From: the human T2T-CHM13v2.0 reference genome, Homo sapiens
NCBI RefSeq assembly: GCF_009914755.1
Contig: NC_060927.1
DNA: 64,000 bases
Strand: one strand, 5' to 3'
Of the stretch, positions 17,657 through 31,068 are shown in pieces (the first letter of the stretch is position 1; the number at the start of each line of letters is the position of its first letter). Both the position numbers and the translations under genes were made by a program. A model generated the notes under the pieces. That model had not been told where the DNA came from, did not search any database, and saw nothing but the letters and a program-made list of their open reading frames with translations.

Positions 17657-19740
17657 TCAGGGACTATGAGGACTCCAAATGTCAGTGGTAGAGGGAGGGT
17701 GGTTGTCTCCCTCTGTAGCAGCATTGCCCCTCTGTGCCCTCTACTGGTGTCCTGGGTAACCTGGACCTGTCAAGGGCTGGGCCAGCCAGGGCTGCTGCTT
17801 GAGCCCAGAGACTTCCCTGCGAGCTGTGACCATGACTAAGGTAGGGCAGGGGGTGGTACACAGTAGGTGCACAGGCAGGTTGTGGCCACATGAATGCATT
17901 CCTCTGGGTGGCAGGAACTAGGTTTCCCTGATTTAGTCTGTGGATGCTGGAGCCAGGCAGGACAGAGTGTGAAGTCTGGATTTATGACCTCTCCCCATGC
18001 AGCCCTCCGCAATCCCTTCCTCACCCCTCCTCTGTCTCTTATCCCTCCATCTAGGTTGGTCCCTGCTCCTTCTGGCAGCAAACATGGGCTTTGCAGAAAC
18101 TTGTCCTGGGATTAAATCTTAAACTGCTGTCTCAGGAGAGTGGGGGAGGGAGACCTACCCAGTGAGCCATGTGTCTGGGGTATATAGAAGCCGGGGAGGA
18201 GGCCTCTCTCCCCACCTCAAAACTCCAGATCAGGCCCAATGGATGGGCTTCTAGGGAAGGAGGAGGGAACCTGGCCAAGTCTGAAGGTACCCGGCAGCAG
18301 CCCCCGTGCTCTAGGCAGACCCTGTTCTTTCTCTCCTGGATATTCACAGCCTCCTCTCTGGCACCCCAGTAGCCAGGGGGATGTTTTAAAACCTGAAATC
18401 TGACTATGGCATATGCCCCATCACCCTCAAGTCAGCCGTTGTCCTTTATTCTTTCAGAGGTTGCAGTCCAACATTCAAGGGGGTCCTAGCCTGGAATCCC
18501 CAATAAGGTCATCCAGGCCCTTACTCCTCAAGGTCTCGGCATTCCCCTCTATTAAATGGGTACACAATGATGTTCCAGTCAAGGTGAGCCTGAGGCCTAA
18601 TTCTTCGCGGGAGTTCACAGATAGCACCGGTGAAGCCTCCAATCCCTGGGTGAAGGGTCAGAAGTCAGGATTGGCCAAGGCCCCCACTCTGCCCAGTCAC
18701 GTTTGAAAATCAAATCCTAACAGCACAAGAAGGCACCGAAACCCCAGGATAGGAGCACAGACTTGGCCTCACTGACCTACCAACCACAACACAGGGAGCA
18801 AAAGGGTTCATCTTTCTAGATGGAGTGCTCAGGAGCAAGCACCAGGCTGGCCAGGGCAGGCCTGGCTCCCCACCCACCTGGTACTGGCCCTGCTTCCCCA
18901 ACCCTCCTCCAAGGCACTGAAGCCATGTGCTGTAAAGAGGAGATTCTCTGGAGGGAGCACTCCTCATTGGCCAGTCCGGGCACTGCTGTGCACAGAGGTC
19001 TTGCTGGTGAAGCCTCTCCAGTTCCTGGCTGGAGGAAGCTGGAGACCAAATAGGATGCTCTGGCCTCAGATCTCTGGTCTGAGATATGAGACAGTGATCT
19101 CATATCGCAACTCCTCCTTGGGCATGACCTGGAACCAGGCTTAGGGAGGAGGACCAGGATGACAGGGTGCCCAGTGTCTGCCCACCAGCCCCCCCTCCTT
19201 TTGAGGGGCTGCTTTCATCTGGGCCCCACTCCTCTGCTGGGAGCAAGGAACTAGGGGAGGCCACGCCACCGCTGTCATGGAAGGGACATTCCCCAGTCAT
19301 TTGGAACTAAGTAAGTCCAGATCTCAGCTTGCAGTCCTGGCTGCAGGACCCTCCTCGGGCCCCCCTCCCCCAGGACTGTGGCCACACAGACACATGGAGG
19401 GAGTGTGCGCAGCAGATGCAGGCCTGGGAGGCAGCCAGAAACCTCCCAAGATCAGAGCCTGTCACCGCAGCTTTGTCAGGGAGCTGCCTAGGTCTCTCCT
19501 AGTCCTGAGGAACACCTCTGCCTAAGGGACTATGCCTGTCCCTGGAGAGCTCACGGTTAAAGCTGCAATGCCTTTTAAGTTAAAGCAGAGTCTATCTTGA
19601 GTCCTTGATGCTGCAACTTAAGACCCTCTCTCCTCCATCCACCTCTTCAGCAGTGTGGGGAAACAGCAAATGGGCATCTCTCCATGCCCCATTCTCAGCT
19701 CCAGGTAAGGGTGAGAGGGGAAAGCAGCTCACAGCCCCAT

Positions 19741-20790
<1,050 letters not shown>

Positions 20791-20844
20791 AGTGGCCACC
20801 TGATATTTCATGTGTTCTGAGGGTGAAATTTAACGTATTTGCTT

Positions 20845-21286
<442 letters not shown>

Positions 21287-23987
21287 TTATTCCACACAGG
21301 GAGGGGCTCCTCAGTCAAGTCCCCTCCCCCTTCACCCTTACCACTTTCATGGCTGGGGCTGCCTGATCATTACTGACCCAGGGCCTAGGTACCCAGAGAC
21401 AAAACCCCTGCCAGTGCTTCCACCCAGACTCTTACTGGGGAGCCCTCGCCAGAACCAGATACAGACTGAGCTCTAGGCCCAGGACTGGGCTCCCCAGTGG
21501 GGGCTGGGTAGGCCCAAGGGAGTGAGGGATGGCTGTCTGGGCTCTGTCTAAACAGGATGTACTCAGGCTGGCCAACGGTCACAGGTCACTTCGAATCCAG
21601 CCGAGCTTAGGCCCACTCAACCCCACCTCTCTTACTATCCAACATACACACAGACACACACATGCATAGACACACAGAATGAAGGGTGTGGGGTAACAGG
21701 CAAGGATCTCAGTGCCCCGTGTCCCTTTCTCGCTCTGGACTCACATGGAAGCAGTTGCTGATAGATTCATGTGGGGCCCACTGGGAGAACACAGAAGGGT
21801 CTGGGTCCCCAGGGCAGGATCTTTTAATGTCTGAAAAGGGGTGTAGGACCTGCAGGGGCCCAGTGAAGCTCCTGACCCAGCCATGAGGACTGGCTTCCTA
21901 GGAGATGATGCCTGTCTGGATCTAGAAGGAGACAAGAAAGACATTCCAGGTACAGGGGAACAGCATGTGCCAAGGCCCAGAGGTGAGAGTCTAGAGCTCC
22001 TGGAAAAGGCTCGGGATGCCTGAGGGGCCCAGTGCAGAAGGATGAAGAAGGGATACTGAGCCTGTGCTGAAAAGGGCAGTGTTTATTGGTGAAAGAGGCA
22101 GCTAAGGGCCCATGTCTAGAGGAAACACAGGGTTTAGACTGGTGCTGAAGTCCGGGAAGAACATTTGTGGTAGAGGGAACAACAGCAGAGACGGCTTGGA
22201 GGCAGCTTTAGGGAGAGGCCAGGTCATTCCAGCTTTTGATCGGCTCAGAGCCAGCCCCTGGGGCAGGCTGGGCAGGAGAAGGCTGCACACGGAACCTCAG
22301 TGAGTCCCCATGGCCTGCCTCCTCCTGGTGCCACCCAACCGCCTGCCCCGAGCCCCCTCTCCAGCCCCCTTCCCAACACTCCCCCTCCCTGGGATCCAGT
22401 TCCTAGTGGGTGGGGGCTGGGCCAGAGAGCAGGCAACAGCGCCTGGGGCAGGGGAGATGAGAAAACCAGAAAGCGAGGAAACCTGAGCCAGCGACGCTGG
22501 GGCTGGGCGGGCCGGGGCCTGCTTGCCCTGCCAGGCCCAGGGAACAAGTTCCCCCCTAAGACTAGGGCAGGGGAGGAGGTGAGGGAGTGCTGGTGTGGCT
22601 GCCGCCCTCATCCAATGGGGATGGAGGGTCTCTGAGGCCCAGGCCCTCCAAGTCCAGCCTTCGTGTGCAGAGGCCAGGAGGGCAGGCCCCAGTGCACCTC
22701 CAGGCTTCCCTCTCCCCACCTGAGGTGAGCCACGGGGAGGCAGACAACAGGGACCTGCAGCAGGAGGCCGGAGGCTGCAGTTCAGTTCCCATGCATCCTG
22801 GAAGAGCCAAAAGGAAGAGAAACAGGCACAACCACCGCCAGAAACAAAGTCCAGGCCAGGGTGAAGGGCAGGGTGTATTTGCGGGAGGAAAGCTTCAAGG
22901 TTTTCCTGCCCGTTGCTGGCACCATCATCCAGGTGGGGGCTGGGCCAATGACTTCCCTGTTGTAACCCTCACTGTTGGCTCGGTCACCCCTCACAAGCTC
23001 CAGGACCTCAAGACTATGAAGTCCACCCTGAAGCTCAGCCAGGTCCACCCAGATCCGAGTGCAGTGTATCCCACGCAGCCGGGGCACACCTGGGAAGGAG
23101 GAGGAGGCTGCCCCAGGAGGGTATTCCAGAGGTGGATTCAGTGCAGGAGCTGGACCTGGCCTAACCAGCTGTGTCTGCACACACCCCTTCACCTGCGTGA
23201 CCAGACTAGCACCAGGGCGGGCCATGGGGGAGGCTGAATGAAACTTAGGCCTAAGATCTGAGTGTCCTACCCAACAGGAGGGAGGTCAGGCCAGTAGGAA
23301 GCCAGCCTGTCTCTCTCCCTTCAGATGACGCCACAGGGCATCCTGGGTGGTTCTCAGGTGGAGTTAGAACAGCAGAGTGGCTTCTGGAGAGGAGGACAGA
23401 AGGATTGTGGGTGTCAAGGAGAGCACAGGGTGGGGGGCAGCCAGTCCAGAGGAGCTGAGAGTAGGGCAGGGAGTTGACTCCCTGAGTCTTGGCTTCTTGG
23501 CTGTGTTCCCTCTCCGATCTGGTGCTGCAGGGATTTGCTCTCTTATTTTTGCTCTCTTATTCACATGATAAAGATGCGTGGAGTTCCAGAAGTGCCCTGT
23601 GGGACTCCAGCAGGCATCCAGCTCCTGCGTGCCTATCAGGGTTGCAGGCCCTTGGCTCCATGTGGGCCCTGCAGCCTGGCCTTCCTGTCCTGGAGCTTTC
23701 CCACAGCCACTGAAAATGCCTTCTCCAGGCACCACAGCCTGGTGGCTCCAGGCCTCCCCCAACCCTCCCTACCTCCCCACTCTCCTCCCTCATGCTCAAC
23801 TGTACAATGGGGACAACAGGGCCTGCTTCTCAGCCCAATTGTGAAGCACCTGGGGGTGAATAACCGCAAAACTTCCTGGCATGCAATGCCTCCCAACCTG
23901 GTATCCAGAGCTGGTTTTGAGGGGTCTGTGGACCTCTGAAATTGAAGACAAAATTGTGAAAAGCTATACAATATTCCCCTGAATAAT

Positions 23988-24331
23988 ATAATATACCTCG
24001 GAGATATGGCGGGTTTGGTTCCAGACCACCACAATAAAGCTAACATTGTAATAAAGCAACTCACAAATTTTTTTGGTTTCCCAGTGCATATAAAAGTCAT
24101 GTTTACACTATACTGTAGTCTGTTAAGTGTGTGATAGCATTATGTCTAAAAAATGTACATATCTTAATTAAAAAATACTTTATTGCTAAAAAATGCTAAT
24201 GAAGTGAGCACATGCTGTTGGAAAAATGGTGCTGATAGACTTGCTCGACACAGAGTTGCAACAAACCTTCAACTTCAGAAAACACAATATCTGCAAAACG
24301 CAATAAACCACAATAAAATGAGGTCTGCCGA
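23988..24331 (-). mobile_element. Internally deleted Tigger1 (MER37-type, Tc1/mariner-pogo)
   Basis: Both degenerate TIRs (atacctcg ... tgaggtctgc); the two Tigger1 ends are fused at gctaa|tgaagtgagc near 24200. Confidence 0.85.
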
Positions 24332-25162
24332 TATGTATATGCACACACACACACAAACTATAACAACATATTATGATGATACAAAATGCTCACCCCAGCA
24401 CTGACACAGAGCAAGGGCTCAGTGTGGATTCACTGCTGCAATAACAATTTTTTTTGTATGATTATTCAGCCCTCTCGAATTGCTTAGGAAGGAATTGGCA
24501 TTCCACCCCATGTAGCCAGGCTCAATTCTAGCTCTTTGCCCTCTTCCTGGCCCCCTTCCCTGGTCTCCCTGCCATTGAAGGCCTCTGTGTGCTGGGCCTA
24601 TTCTGTGTGTCTGAGTGGAGCTTCATGAACAGATCAGTTGAGCCTCTTTCCTTCCCAACCCAGTACACTGGAGTCTCTGGCAAGTCCTGACAGCTCTTCC
24701 GTGGTAACCAGCATGATGCTAATGATGCTGGAGATAGTGATAGAAGTGGCCAGGCTATAAGGAGACCATGGAGGCTGTGAGAGGATGGAAGGGATGGTGT
24801 TGGAAGCCATAGAGATGGTGGCTTAAGCTGTATTGGTGATGGTGGTGCAGTGGTGGTGACCTCAGGGGTGACCCTCATACAGATGAGTGGGGATGAGGAG
24901 AGATGGATTGTCACAGTGTTTTCAATGAGGCGTGACAAAGGGGAGAGGTGCAGGTGCTGTCACAGCAGCTCCATAACTCCAGGATGGTGTTTGCTCACCT
25001 CAAATGCCCTGCCTGTGCTTGGAGCATGAGGCAGCACTCTAAGTCCTGAGTCAGGAGACCCTCAGCAGGATCCCTAGTGCCCAGCTCCACCTTGCACTTG
25101 GAGTCAACCAGTCAATGGGTCAGAGGGAGAGAGGTCTTTTCCTGGAGGTCTTGCTAGCCAGG

Positions 25163-25500
25163 GAGAGAAGTGGGAGGAGGAAGAAGGCGGAGAGGAGGAG
25201 TGAGAAGAAAAAGAGAAAGGAGGAAGAGGGTAAAGAGCAGGAAGAAGGAGGAGGAAGAAGAGAAGGAAATGCATGGGGTGGAGGAAGAGAAGGGAGAGGA
25301 GGAGAGGGCAGAGAAGGAAAAATCCAGGAGAAGAGAGGAGAAGGAGGAAAAGGAGGGAGATGGAAAAGAGGGAGAAGAGGAGAGAGGAAGAGGGAGAAGA
25401 GAGGGGAGAAGGAAGGAGAGGCAGAGGGAGAAGAGGAGAAAGGAAAGAGGAGAAAGAGGAGGGCACAGAAGACAGAACAGGAAGAGGATGAAGGAGAGGA
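25163..25500. repeat. GA-rich low-complexity polypurine tract
   Basis: About 340 nt of GGA/GAA/GAG with very few pyrimidines. Confidence 0.9.
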
Positions 25501-26389
25501 CAAAGGGCCAACGCCCCTGGGAGCCTCCGCAGGGTGCCCGGGGCAGGGCTGAGAAGTGGTCCTGGTGGTGAGGCCATGACCTTGGAAAGTTGGGTTGGGC
25601 AGAGGGTCCCTTCCTGGGGTCACGGTAGGCCCTTCTCAGTTGCTGAGCCATTGGCTCATCACCAGGCCATTTGAAAGCAAATGTCCCCTTGAGGAGAGAA
25701 GGTGCTAGCTGATCTGGCCTCTCTAAGGTATGGAACTATAAGGAGAGTCTGTGGGAGCTGCTGGCCTGAAATAAGGGCTGGCGATTGAGGCGATCACGGG
25801 GAGTCGTTGAATGGCTGGAGAGAGCTGTGTGGCTGGGCTGCCCCCGACCTGGCCTAGGCTGGAGGCTGAGCCCGCGGGAAGGTCCGGCGGTGCCAGCCGT
25901 CCCAGGGGCTGCACCGCCACCTGCTGAGCAGCCCGGGCAGTCAGGGGTCCTGCGCCGCGGGGCCCACGCACGGGACCAGGGGCACGGCCGGCGGCGAGTG
26001 GGAATGAGGGACGCGGAAGGGGGTGCTCAGGTGAGCGCAGGCTCGTTGCTCCCTGGCGCTGCAGCCCTTCTCGCCAGGGAGTTGAATGCCCGGGTAAACA
26101 CCAGGCGCGATGTGTGCGGTGTATTCACAGAGAGACAAAGCCAGGGCGGGGCGGGGGCGCCGCCCGCGAAGCGGGGGCGGGGGCGAGGGGTGCAGACTAG
26201 TCTCCCCCGGCGCGGGGTGCCCACCGCCTGGGAACCCTGAGCCCGGCCCACGGACAGGTGGAGCGGGGGCGGGGCGGTGGCTGGGCGGGTCCCGCCCCGG
26301 GGGTGGGGCTGGGCGGGCCGGGCGGGGCGGGGCTGCGCTATGCAAATGTCGCCCACGGGCGGCCAATTGCCGGCGCTCCCCGCGCGGCT

Positions 26390-26481
26390 CTGAGCGCCCC
26401 GTCCCGCCGGCGGCCGCGAGACCAGAGCGAGCGAACGAACCGCGGCGGTCCGGAGAGCCCCGAGCGCAGCGCAGGACCTGG
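26390..26481 (+). other. SEMA3F: Possible alternative non-coding first exon of SEMA3F
   Basis: Lies just downstream of the GC-box/CCAAT cluster; weak donor CTGG|GTACGC; start approximate. Confidence 0.4.
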
Positions 26482-26699
26482 GTACGCCGCGAGGAACCGT
26501 GCAGCCCAGCGCGGCCGCCCGGCCCGGGTCCAGCAGCCAGGAGAGCGCAGCGCTTCGAAGCCGAGTGCGCGCCACCGCCCGCGCCCCGCGCTGGGGAATG
26601 CGCCCTCGGCGCGCCGGCCAGGGGGCGCCCGCAGCCCACCCCAGGGGAGGCGGCCCCGAGCGCCCCTGAGCCTTCCCATGGCCCGGGCTGGGGCCCGGG

Positions 26700-26898
26700 C
26701 CCTCGGCTGCTGACGCGCCCGAAGCCCGCGGAACCGGTTAAGCCGCGGCCGCGGCGCCGATCCCGGCTGAGGCGCAGCGGCGAGAGGTCGCGGGCAGGGC
26801 CATGGCCCCGGGGGGCCGCTAGCGCGGACCGGCCCAACGGGAGCCGCTCCGTGCCGCCGCCGCCGCCCGGGCGCCCAGGCCCCGCCGCTGCGGAAGAG
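26700..26898 (+). other. SEMA3F: SEMA3F non-coding exon 1 (5' end approximate)
   Basis: Strong donor GAG|GTGAGT at 26898/26899 within the CpG island. Confidence 0.8.
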
Positions 26899-27067
26899 GT
26901 GAGTGCAGCGGGAACCGGGAGGGAGCGGGCAGGCGGCCGGGCCACCCCGCGACCCCTCTGGGACCCGCGGCACTGCAACTCCGCAGAAGTGTCCGGGGAG
27001 CGGGTCTCGTCGAGCCGGGGGGCTGCCCGCGGACATAGGGGCAACAAGGCTGGGGTGGGATTCTTAC

Positions 27068-27420
27068 CTGTCCTGGAGGCCCGGACCCCTTACCTACGGG
27101 GCGGCGTATGGATGTGTGGATGATGTGGCCTGCGGGGTCACCCATGTGCAAAGCAACTTTTTCCTGCAAGGTTCTGGGTGGGTGCTCTCATACACCCCCA
27201 CCTTCACGCTTCTGGAGCGGGAGTTCCGATCCCCCTTCTGCCTCAGCTCTCTCTCCCATTAACGCCCGAGGCAGCGCTCTTCCCCGTAGATGCGCTTGCC
27301 CTACCTCAGTGTCTCTACTTGAGGACTGGCCAGCCCGAAGGGAAGCGGTATACTGGCAGTCCCCACGTGGGGGGTCTCCCACATCAGCAGAGTGGGAGGA
27401 CCTCCAGTCCTGAGGCATTT
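27068..27420 (-). ncRNA. SEMA3F-AS1: Probable first exon of antisense lncRNA SEMA3F-AS1 (5' end approximate)
   Basis: Near-consensus minus-strand donor CAG|GTAAGA (plus strand tcttacctg 27062-27070); I recall an antisense lncRNA starting in SEMA3F intron 1; downstream exons not identified. Confidence 0.5.
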
Positions 27421-30400
27421 CTCCCAGCATTGTGCCAGCCCCTTGACCCCCAGCTGCCACCTTGGGTTTGCTTTTACAGCAGAGTCCTGCCTGGATTAGG
27501 GGCACGGCTGTATGTAGTGTGTAGGTGAGCTTGGAGAGCCTGCGGTCAATCCCTAGTTTGAACCAGGGGTCCCAGTGGTGAAGTGGGCAGGGGACAGCGG
27601 GGGCTTGGCGGGGTTGCCCCCAGCAGATGGGACAGGAGGGTATCAAAGTTGGCCTAGGAATGAGGCAGTGCTGGCGGGAGTTGGCTGGAGCTGGGGCTGG
27701 GGGCCCCACTGGATAAATAACTCCTAATTTTTGAGATAGCTGTGTTTTGCCACCAGAACATTACTGCTTGGGAGAGGTAAGGGAGACGCCAACCAAAGAC
27801 ACCAGTATGTCCACCCTGAAGCTGGGCCAGGTTGGGGACCTCTGTCCTCCTGAATTCACCCAGATAGTCTCCCAGTAGTTATCCTAGTTGCAGAGAAGGG
27901 AAAACTGCACCCAGGGGTTGGGAGCCCCATCTCAGCCCAGGGAGTTGGATGGAGCTGAGGCCTCTTCCCAGGCTACCCAAGGGGTGTGCCAGGACCCCGT
28001 AGGGTATAGTGTCTAGGCAGGCGGGGGGCACAGGCATGCCTACTCCTGCTGCTCCCCCTTCAGCTCCGAAGGAGCCAGGCCCGGAAGTGGGGAGGTGGGG
28101 GCCGGAGAGAAAGCAGGGGCCAGAGAGAAGGCGGCAGCCCACCCAGCCTCAGCCCCTCGCTGCTCAGCATACCTTGGGGGGAGGATGGAGCCAGGCTCAG
28201 GTGACCTTGACTGGGAAACCCTGGCCACAAAAGGGGGGTTTCAGTCCCAGCTATGCTGGGGTGGCTCTGCTTCCTGGTCCTTGAGGTGTTGGGGGATGGG
28301 GAAGCTGAGGAGCCAAGAAGGAGACAGAGCTCTTGTTGAAGTGGGGGAGGGAATCTGAGGGGCTGGGTAGCGGGTGGGGTGCTGTTGATAATCTCCCCAT
28401 GTTCCCCTACGGCCCCTGTTCCTGCCTCCCTTCCATCCAGGCAGTCCTCAGCTCGGAGGAGCCAACCTCCCTTCCTGGAGACAGGCTGTCCACCCCCACC
28501 CCCAACTCCAAGCCTGGGCGGTCTGGATCCGGCTGTACAGTTTGGCCACCTGGCCCCCTGTCCCATCCCAGGTGCCTCCGGACTCCTTCCTCTGGCCGCC
28601 TCTTCCCTGCACCCCTTGCCAGCCCCGGCTCCTCGTTTCTTTGTTCAAGCGTCTCTCCTCCGTCCCTCCCTCTCTCCTCCCTCTCTCCTCCTCCCTCCCG
28701 CCTGCCTCCCTCCCTTGCTCCCTCCCACCAGCCTTCCTTCCCTCCTTCTCTGCTTTCTTCCTGGTGGGCTCCCAGGTGGCGGTGGCTGTTCTTCCTCTGT
28801 CCACTGACCTGGGCTTGGTGTGACTTGGGGGCTTTTCTGGGGCTGGGGCTGGGTGACAGGCATCTCGGGACTGGCAGAGGGGAAGGCACTGTGGGTTTGC
28901 CCTTTCTTTCCCTCTCTGTCCTTCTTCTCCTTTTCTTCCTTCCCTCTCCTTCTTTCCCCCACCTGCCAGGCTGTCCAAGAGGGGACCTGGACTTGAGACT
29001 GAGGCCCCAGCAAACTTGAGCCCCTCCCCATTCACCTCTTTAAAAGGCCAAAGCATTTGGATGGGAAGTCCCTGTAGGGACCCAGTAGAAAGACTCCCCA
29101 CCTCTCTGGACACATTGGGTGACTCCAACCCTGTCCTTGGTGACACTGACTTTGTCACCATGAACATGGATGAAGGAAAAAATGAGGTCATGGGGAGGGG
29201 GGAGGCGGGAGGCAGGTTGACAGGAGCCCCCGTTACATAGTATCGAAGCTCTCTGAGGGACTCAGACGGCATCTTGCGCCAGGACAGTATCTCCCAGCTC
29301 CCCTGAGCCCCACCCCACTAGCAGGTCAAGTTCTTGAGCAAACTCATGCTTGTAAGGACGTGTGTGGGCCTGCAAGTGTGAACGTGTGCATATCCACAGC
29401 TGTTATCAGGGGCCTCCCAGGTGCACCTTGAGGGTGACGGTGGCTGCACAGCCATTTCTCCCACCTGCCCCCACTTCTCAGAGCCTGCCATTCAGTCAGC
29501 ACTAGCTTTGTGCCTCCCAGACCTGAGGAGGGGCTGGTTCTGATTCCCCCATCCCCCAGCTAGCCTCCCCAGGAGGCAGCATCTATGACAGGGGATCTGG
29601 AAGGACCATGAGCGGTGTGCCAGGCCCTCGGGAGAGAACATTCACACAGAGGGTACCGCGTAAGGAGTGGGCCAAGAGGCTGAAGCTGCACTTCCTGTCT
29701 GAGGAGCCATGAGTGGTTTGCCTTGGCAGGAGAGGCCAGGGCTGGGGGAGGTGGGTCTAGGGATGTCATCAGGGTCTAATGAGTGGGGCCTAAGAGTCAG
29801 ACTGGAGCCTGGGCTTTGCCTCAGCATTGAGCAGCTATGGCAGGGGAGTCCCAGGCCATAGTACTGCCAACTCCCATCCCAGCATCCTAGAGATGGGCCT
29901 GGGGTCCTGCCTGCCACGGAAGAAGGGAGTACACAGGGCAGATCTGGGGGATGGGGCTCACATTTTCAGTCTCGATGCCCCCACCCGCAGTGCATCCGGT
30001 TGGGGGTGGTGGTAGGAGTTGGCGCTGGTTTGTGCCGGGAGGGAGCAATATGTTCTGACAACTGGTGCTGGGCTGCGTTTACCCAACAGCCAGCCTGCCT
30101 GGGGAGACAATATTTGAAAAACACAGTATTGAAACTTGGACCTGCTGGGGCTATGGGGGATTCTGAAGGTGGCAATGCCGCTGGCCCAGATCCAGCCCCA
30201 GGCCCACTGGCCATCCTAGCTTCCCTTCTTTGCCCTCTAGAGGCGGAGCTGGAAGTTTTCCCTGGCAGGAAGTCCTTCTGCCTGTCTGACCTGGGTCTCT
30301 CCTGCTTTGATTTTAGTACAAGTGGACTCTGCCATTCTCTGCCTTTCCTTTTCTGACTGGTGCTCCCTCTCTTCCATCTTGGGCTGTCTGCATGTGTCTC

Positions 30401-30956
30401 ATTCCCCCACTCTCTCCTGTGCCTCCCCTCTACCGTAATAATCAGGTCCAGGTTTCTCTGTACTGGGAGAAGACCTGTGGCTGGAGCAGGCAGGGATGCA
30501 CCCTATCTGTTCCCCATTCCTCCAGGTGGGAGGGAGAAGGAGTAACCCACTTTATTGGCCACAGATGCAGGGGAGAAAGGAGAAAGCATGCTGGGAGCTG
30601 GAAAGAGCCCTAAGATCACCTGGTTGGTCTGGGCCCTGTGAATGGAATTCAGCATGCCATGAGGGGTAGGGTTTGAGTCTCCAGCAGCCCCCATCAGTTC
30701 TGGTGACCCCAGGCTGGGGCCTATTGGTACTATCTCCCCAGACAAAGGCAGGCCAAAGAACGCACATGAGGTGTGCACACAGGGGCATTCATGGCCCCAG
30801 GCTGGGGGTGGAAGCGTGGAGGTACCCATCAACCTCTTTGTTCACCTTGGGTAGAAATTGAACTCCCCCATCTGCCTCACACATTCCAATCTTGGTTCCC
30901 CTTCCCAGGTTTCTAGAGAGTGGAGCCTGCTTCCTGGGCCCTAGGCCCCTCCCACA

Positions 30957-31068
30957 ATGCTTGTCGCCGGTCTTCTTCTCTGGGCTTCCCTACTGACCGG
31001 GGCCTGGCCATCCTTCCCCACCCAGGACCACCTCCCGGCCACGCCCCGGGTCCGGCTCTCATTCAAAG
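30957..31068 (+). CDS. SEMA3F: Semaphorin-3F exon 2 (exon starts 30909): signal peptide MLVAGLLLWASLLTGAWP...RVRLSFK
   Basis: Acceptor cccag at 30908, acaATG, hydrophobic leader, donor AAG|GTAAGA; absent from the ORF track because it is short. Confidence 0.97.

Larger units (their letters stand above)
25760..27320. promoter_or_regulatory. SEMA3F: CpG-island promoter of SEMA3F (probably shared with antisense transcription)
   Basis: Very high GC and CpG density; many GGGCGG boxes 26144-26333; octamer ATGCAAAT 26340-26347; CCAAT 26363-26367; no TATA box. Confidence 0.9.

Noticed and set aside
25941-27123. Long ORFs (368 aa minus, 337 aa plus, 232 aa minus) over the promoter
   Set aside because: Stop-codon depletion expected in a CpG island; Arg/Pro/Gly/Ala-biased with no domain; they cross real splice donors
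28020-29360. p53 response element in intron 1
   Set aside because: Only isolated or mismatched half-sites seen (AGGCATGCCT at 28032, GGTCAAGTTC near 29326); I could not build a convincing full site by eye
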